In this document: positions 47,334-49,597 of the stretch, one piece after another
Layout: each line of letters opens with the position of its first letter
How positions within the stretch are numbered: the stretch's first letter is position 1
NCBI GenBank assembly: GCA_002733485.1
Contig: NVVU01000004.1
Span: 26,836-76,432 of the forward strand
Length of the DNA stretch: 49,597 bases
From: Robiginitomaculum sp.
GTDB lineage: Bacteria > Pseudomonadota > Alphaproteobacteria > Caulobacterales > Maricaulaceae
Direction: 5' to 3'
Made by a program: the position numbers and the translations under genes
Notes under the pieces: model-generated
The model's database searches: none
What the model saw: only the letters and a program-made list of their open reading frames with translations
Told to the model about the DNA's origin: nothing

Positions 47334-47434
47334 TATTTATCTTTCCTTTGTCATTTTGCTTTCGTTTTTAGCATCTCTGGTTTCACCTCTATGGAAAATT
47401 ATGGCAAAAGGCGCTTTGCCTGTTATGCATTGCC

Positions 47435-48019
47435 TTAAGGGTCATGTGGCCTGATGGGCACAGCCCAGGAATCATAAGAGGCATCACAGGCGCTGCTAAT
47501 TTCTTCTTCATCCCATTGCCGCCCGGCAATCTCAGCGCGCAGCAAAGTCACAATGGGCGCGTAAAAAAGGCTGATCAAAAGGTCCGCCGCTATGGTTTTG
47601 AATGTGCCCGTCGTCACCCCGTCATCACGTAGGCAGGTCAGCACGGCGGCCATTTCCTTATGGCCCTGCCCGCCTTCCTTTTCCATCAAGGGTGTTTCGG
47701 CAAAGCGTAACCCAAACAGCAAGGCATCCGGGTCCGCCTGATAGGCGGCAAAGATATGACGCCAGATATGGGTAAAGCGATCATGCGGCGTGGCTTGATC
47801 GTCATAGCCTTGCATCACCGCCAGATAAGCCTCGCCCTTTATATGCCGATACAGTGCCAGCATCAGATCATCTTTATTTTTGAAATGCCGGTAAATCGAC
47901 CCTTCGGCAACCCCCGCCTCGGCGGCAATACGGGCCGTGGTCGCCCCGGCAAACCCATCACGCGCCACCAGCACCAGTGCCGCGCGCATGATCTTGTCTT
48001 TTGTGTCGGGCTTATCCAT
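47435..48019 (-). CDS. TetR/AcrR family regulator
   Basis: HTH I..AAL.L....GF.GATTARIA.EAGVAEGSIYRHFKNKDDL; start placed at ATG 48019. Confidence 0.92.
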   Translation of the reverse strand: MDKPDTKDKIMRAALVLVARDGFAGATTARIAAEAGVAEGSIYRHFKNKDDLMLALYRHIKGEAYLAVMQGYDDQATPHDRFTHIWRHIFAAYQADPDALLFGLRFAETPLMEKEGGQGHKEMAAVLTCLRDDGVTTGTFKTIAADLLISLFYAPIVTLLRAEIAGRQWDEEEISSACDASYDSWAVPIRPHDP

Positions 48020-48237
48020 TAAATGAGTGAGCATTCACTCAATATAGAGAAATGAACATTGATCGCAAGTAAAACCTGCAAACTAATTTTATCACAAAGA
48101 TTTACCAGACCTGATGGGCGTTGGGTTGGACTTATAATTCCTGTCTTCTGAATGCTGTCATCGATGAATTCCCAAAAATCGTCGCTAATCAAGATCGGGC
48201 AATTTACCTACCCGTTCCTAAAGCCGGTTTAAGTCAT
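48019..48237 (-). pseudogene. Internally deleted remnant of a fourth array paralog
   Basis: From the ATGA overlap at 48237 the frame reads MT*TGFRNG*VNCPILISDDFWEFIDD. This aligns without gaps to PKFRRWWERNKGTYGPDFVAEID of the 49312 paralog. The 3' end is uncertain. Confidence 0.65.
48024..48041. promoter_or_regulatory. Putative TetR autoregulatory operator
   Basis: TGAGTGA-GCAT-TCACTCA, perfect 7-bp arms, 4 nt upstream of the tetR start. Confidence 0.75.
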
Positions 48238-48791
48238 GGATGATTGCTCATAGCGTCTATTTTGGGCGCATCAGGCGATAATTCAGGCGGCTTTTGACTG
48301 ACGGCAAGCGAAGGGTGATCGGGATAGAGTTCTTCAAACCGATTGTGCACATAGTTGACAAAATCGTCAGAAACCATCTGCATGCGAACCATGCGTTTCC
48401 ATTCATGTGCAAATACCGGCGCCGTGAGATACCAGGAGGTATTGCTCTCGTAAGCCTGCATCACCCGCTCATCGATCAAACCGTCAGCAAAAGACAGAAA
48501 TGCTGTTCTATGAACATGCATTGACGCATTAAAAAACGTAAGTATCTGCGTTAGTTCCACGGGGGTCAGTTCGGTGGCTTCAAACATAACCTTTCGAAAG
48601 GCCGCCGCAAGTTCGGGATGACGCATTAACTCGCTTATCGTGTCGCCAAAGAACCGCATCGTCCGTTCGCTCATATCCGCCCGCGCCAGTCGGTTTGCCT
48701 GTCTTGACTGGTAGAGAAGCGCAATCAGGGTCGCAATAATGATGACCACCGCCACCGTCTGGCCGATATAATAAATGCTTTCCAGCGTCAT
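48234..48791 (-). CDS. Hypothetical membrane-anchored protein, tandem paralog
   Basis: MTLESIYYIGQTVAV plus TM helix; body includes GLIDE, P.F...W and SDDFV. Confidence 0.85.
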   Translation of the reverse strand: MTLESIYYIGQTVAVVIIIATLIALLYQSRQANRLARADMSERTMRFFGDTISELMRHPELAAAFRKVMFEATELTPVELTQILTFFNASMHVHRTAFLSFADGLIDERVMQAYESNTSWYLTAPVFAHEWKRMVRMQMVSDDFVNYVHNRFEELYPDHPSLAVSQKPPELSPDAPKIDAMSNHP

Positions 48792-49315
48792 AACTTTGAA
48801 TTTTCCACCGGAGCGAATTGGGGCATAAACTCGTAGATAGGGGGCGTCACGCCGCCCAGTTCCGTCAGGCGCTGATCAAGGCGCGCAACCAGATCAACGC
48901 CCATAACTTTTCTCGTATGCGCCCACCATTGCGCCCCGCCGGGCGTGGTGATGATCCCCAACGCACCTAATTCAAAGCCATTGTAAGAGGAAGCTGTGAT
49001 CAGTTCATCCCTTTTCATGTAAACGCACTGTTCCATGATGACCAAAAATACCCAGGCCCAGTTACCGAAATTGCTTTTGGTTTCATGCGGTGCACTGTCA
49101 AACTCCATCAATCCATGGCGAACGTCCTTTAGAACTTTTGGGTTGTCGAATGTCAGGAGCAGAAATTCTGAGGCGCTTTTGAGAAGCTCACGCTGGCTGC
49201 TGGCCCGCGCAATCACCTGGCCCTGTCGCTGCTGGAAGTAAAGCGCCACCAGGGATGCCAGGATCGCCAATACCGCCACGGTTTGGCCAATATAATAAAT
49301 GCTCTCAAGTGTCAT
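48788..49315 (-). CDS. Hypothetical membrane-anchored protein, tandem paralog
   Basis: Same first 15 aa as the 48234 gene; body includes ELIT, TPGGAQWW and DLV..LD; ATGA overlap. Confidence 0.85.
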   Translation of the reverse strand: MTLESIYYIGQTVAVLAILASLVALYFQQRQGQVIARASSQRELLKSASEFLLLTFDNPKVLKDVRHGLMEFDSAPHETKSNFGNWAWVFLVIMEQCVYMKRDELITASSYNGFELGALGIITTPGGAQWWAHTRKVMGVDLVARLDQRLTELGGVTPPIYEFMPQFAPVENSKL

Positions 49316-49597
49316 GATGCCTTACCTTGGAGTTGAGAGACCGGGTTGAGCGAGGATTCGGCCAAAATGCGATCTATTTCGGCGACAAAATCTGGTCCAT
49401 AGGTTCCTTTGTTGCGCTCCCACCATCGGCGAAATTTTGGCCCGTCCCAGGTTGGCAAAATATAGCTCAGCCCGACATAGGTTTCCGTCTCGATCAGATT
49501 TCGGCAATGCAGCCTGTAGGCTTTTTCATATATGCTCATTAGCTTGTAGATGAGGTAATAGGCTTGAACCTGTTCTTCGTCAGACAATGTTTTGTCG
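49312..49597 (-). CDS. Hypothetical protein, tandem paralog (5' part outside the window)
   Basis: Frame open to the window edge; LSDEE, YEKAY, NLIE, PKFRRWW and PDFVAEID match the neighbours' C-terminal pattern; ATGA overlap. Confidence 0.8.
   Translation of the reverse strand, partial: DKTLSDEEQVQAYYLIYKLMSIYEKAYRLHCRNLIETETYVGLSYILPTWDGPKFRRWWERNKGTYGPDFVAEIDRILAESSLNPVSQLQGKAS

Noticed and set aside
47403..47420. GGCAAA/TTTGCC hairpin after tetR as a terminator
   Set aside because: The stem is short and the U-tract poor, so support is insufficient.

Overview
Mostly core-genome window of an alphaproteobacterium; gene content and regulatory motifs suggest a Caulobacterales/Hyphomonadaceae-like lineage (inference). 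Left part: purD (partial) and xseA, DUF2794, a Gld-type ABC system with a fused GldF-GldG-like protein, a lone class I nrdA with NrdR, CtrA and DnaA-like sites, putA, hemC-hemD-mitofilin(Mic60)-hemY, tsaD-gpsA, an AT-rich orphan, nupC, a MacAB-TolC-type exporter, SRP RNA, dnaX-ybaB and yebC. Middle: a SulP transporter and a complete purine-catabolism cluster (alc, uraD, puuE, uraH, xdhABC, puuD, allA, guaD) flanked and interspersed by several REP-like palindromic repeat families. Right: gap-pgk, zapA-6S RNA-ygfA, a lipoprotein, and a TetR with an aldo-keto reductase sharing operator palindromes. The most unusual element is at the right edge: a translationally coupled tandem array of paralogous small membrane-anchored proteins. 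The two complete copies have an identical 15-residue N-terminus and divergent bodies, and an unannotated, internally deleted fourth copy follows them. Other leads are a C-rich-loop sRNA candidate at about 2.7 kb and an ~80-nt cloverleaf repeat with compensatory changes. All calls come from reading the sequence; no database searches were run. Many start codons were moved from the ORF track using RBS and motif context.
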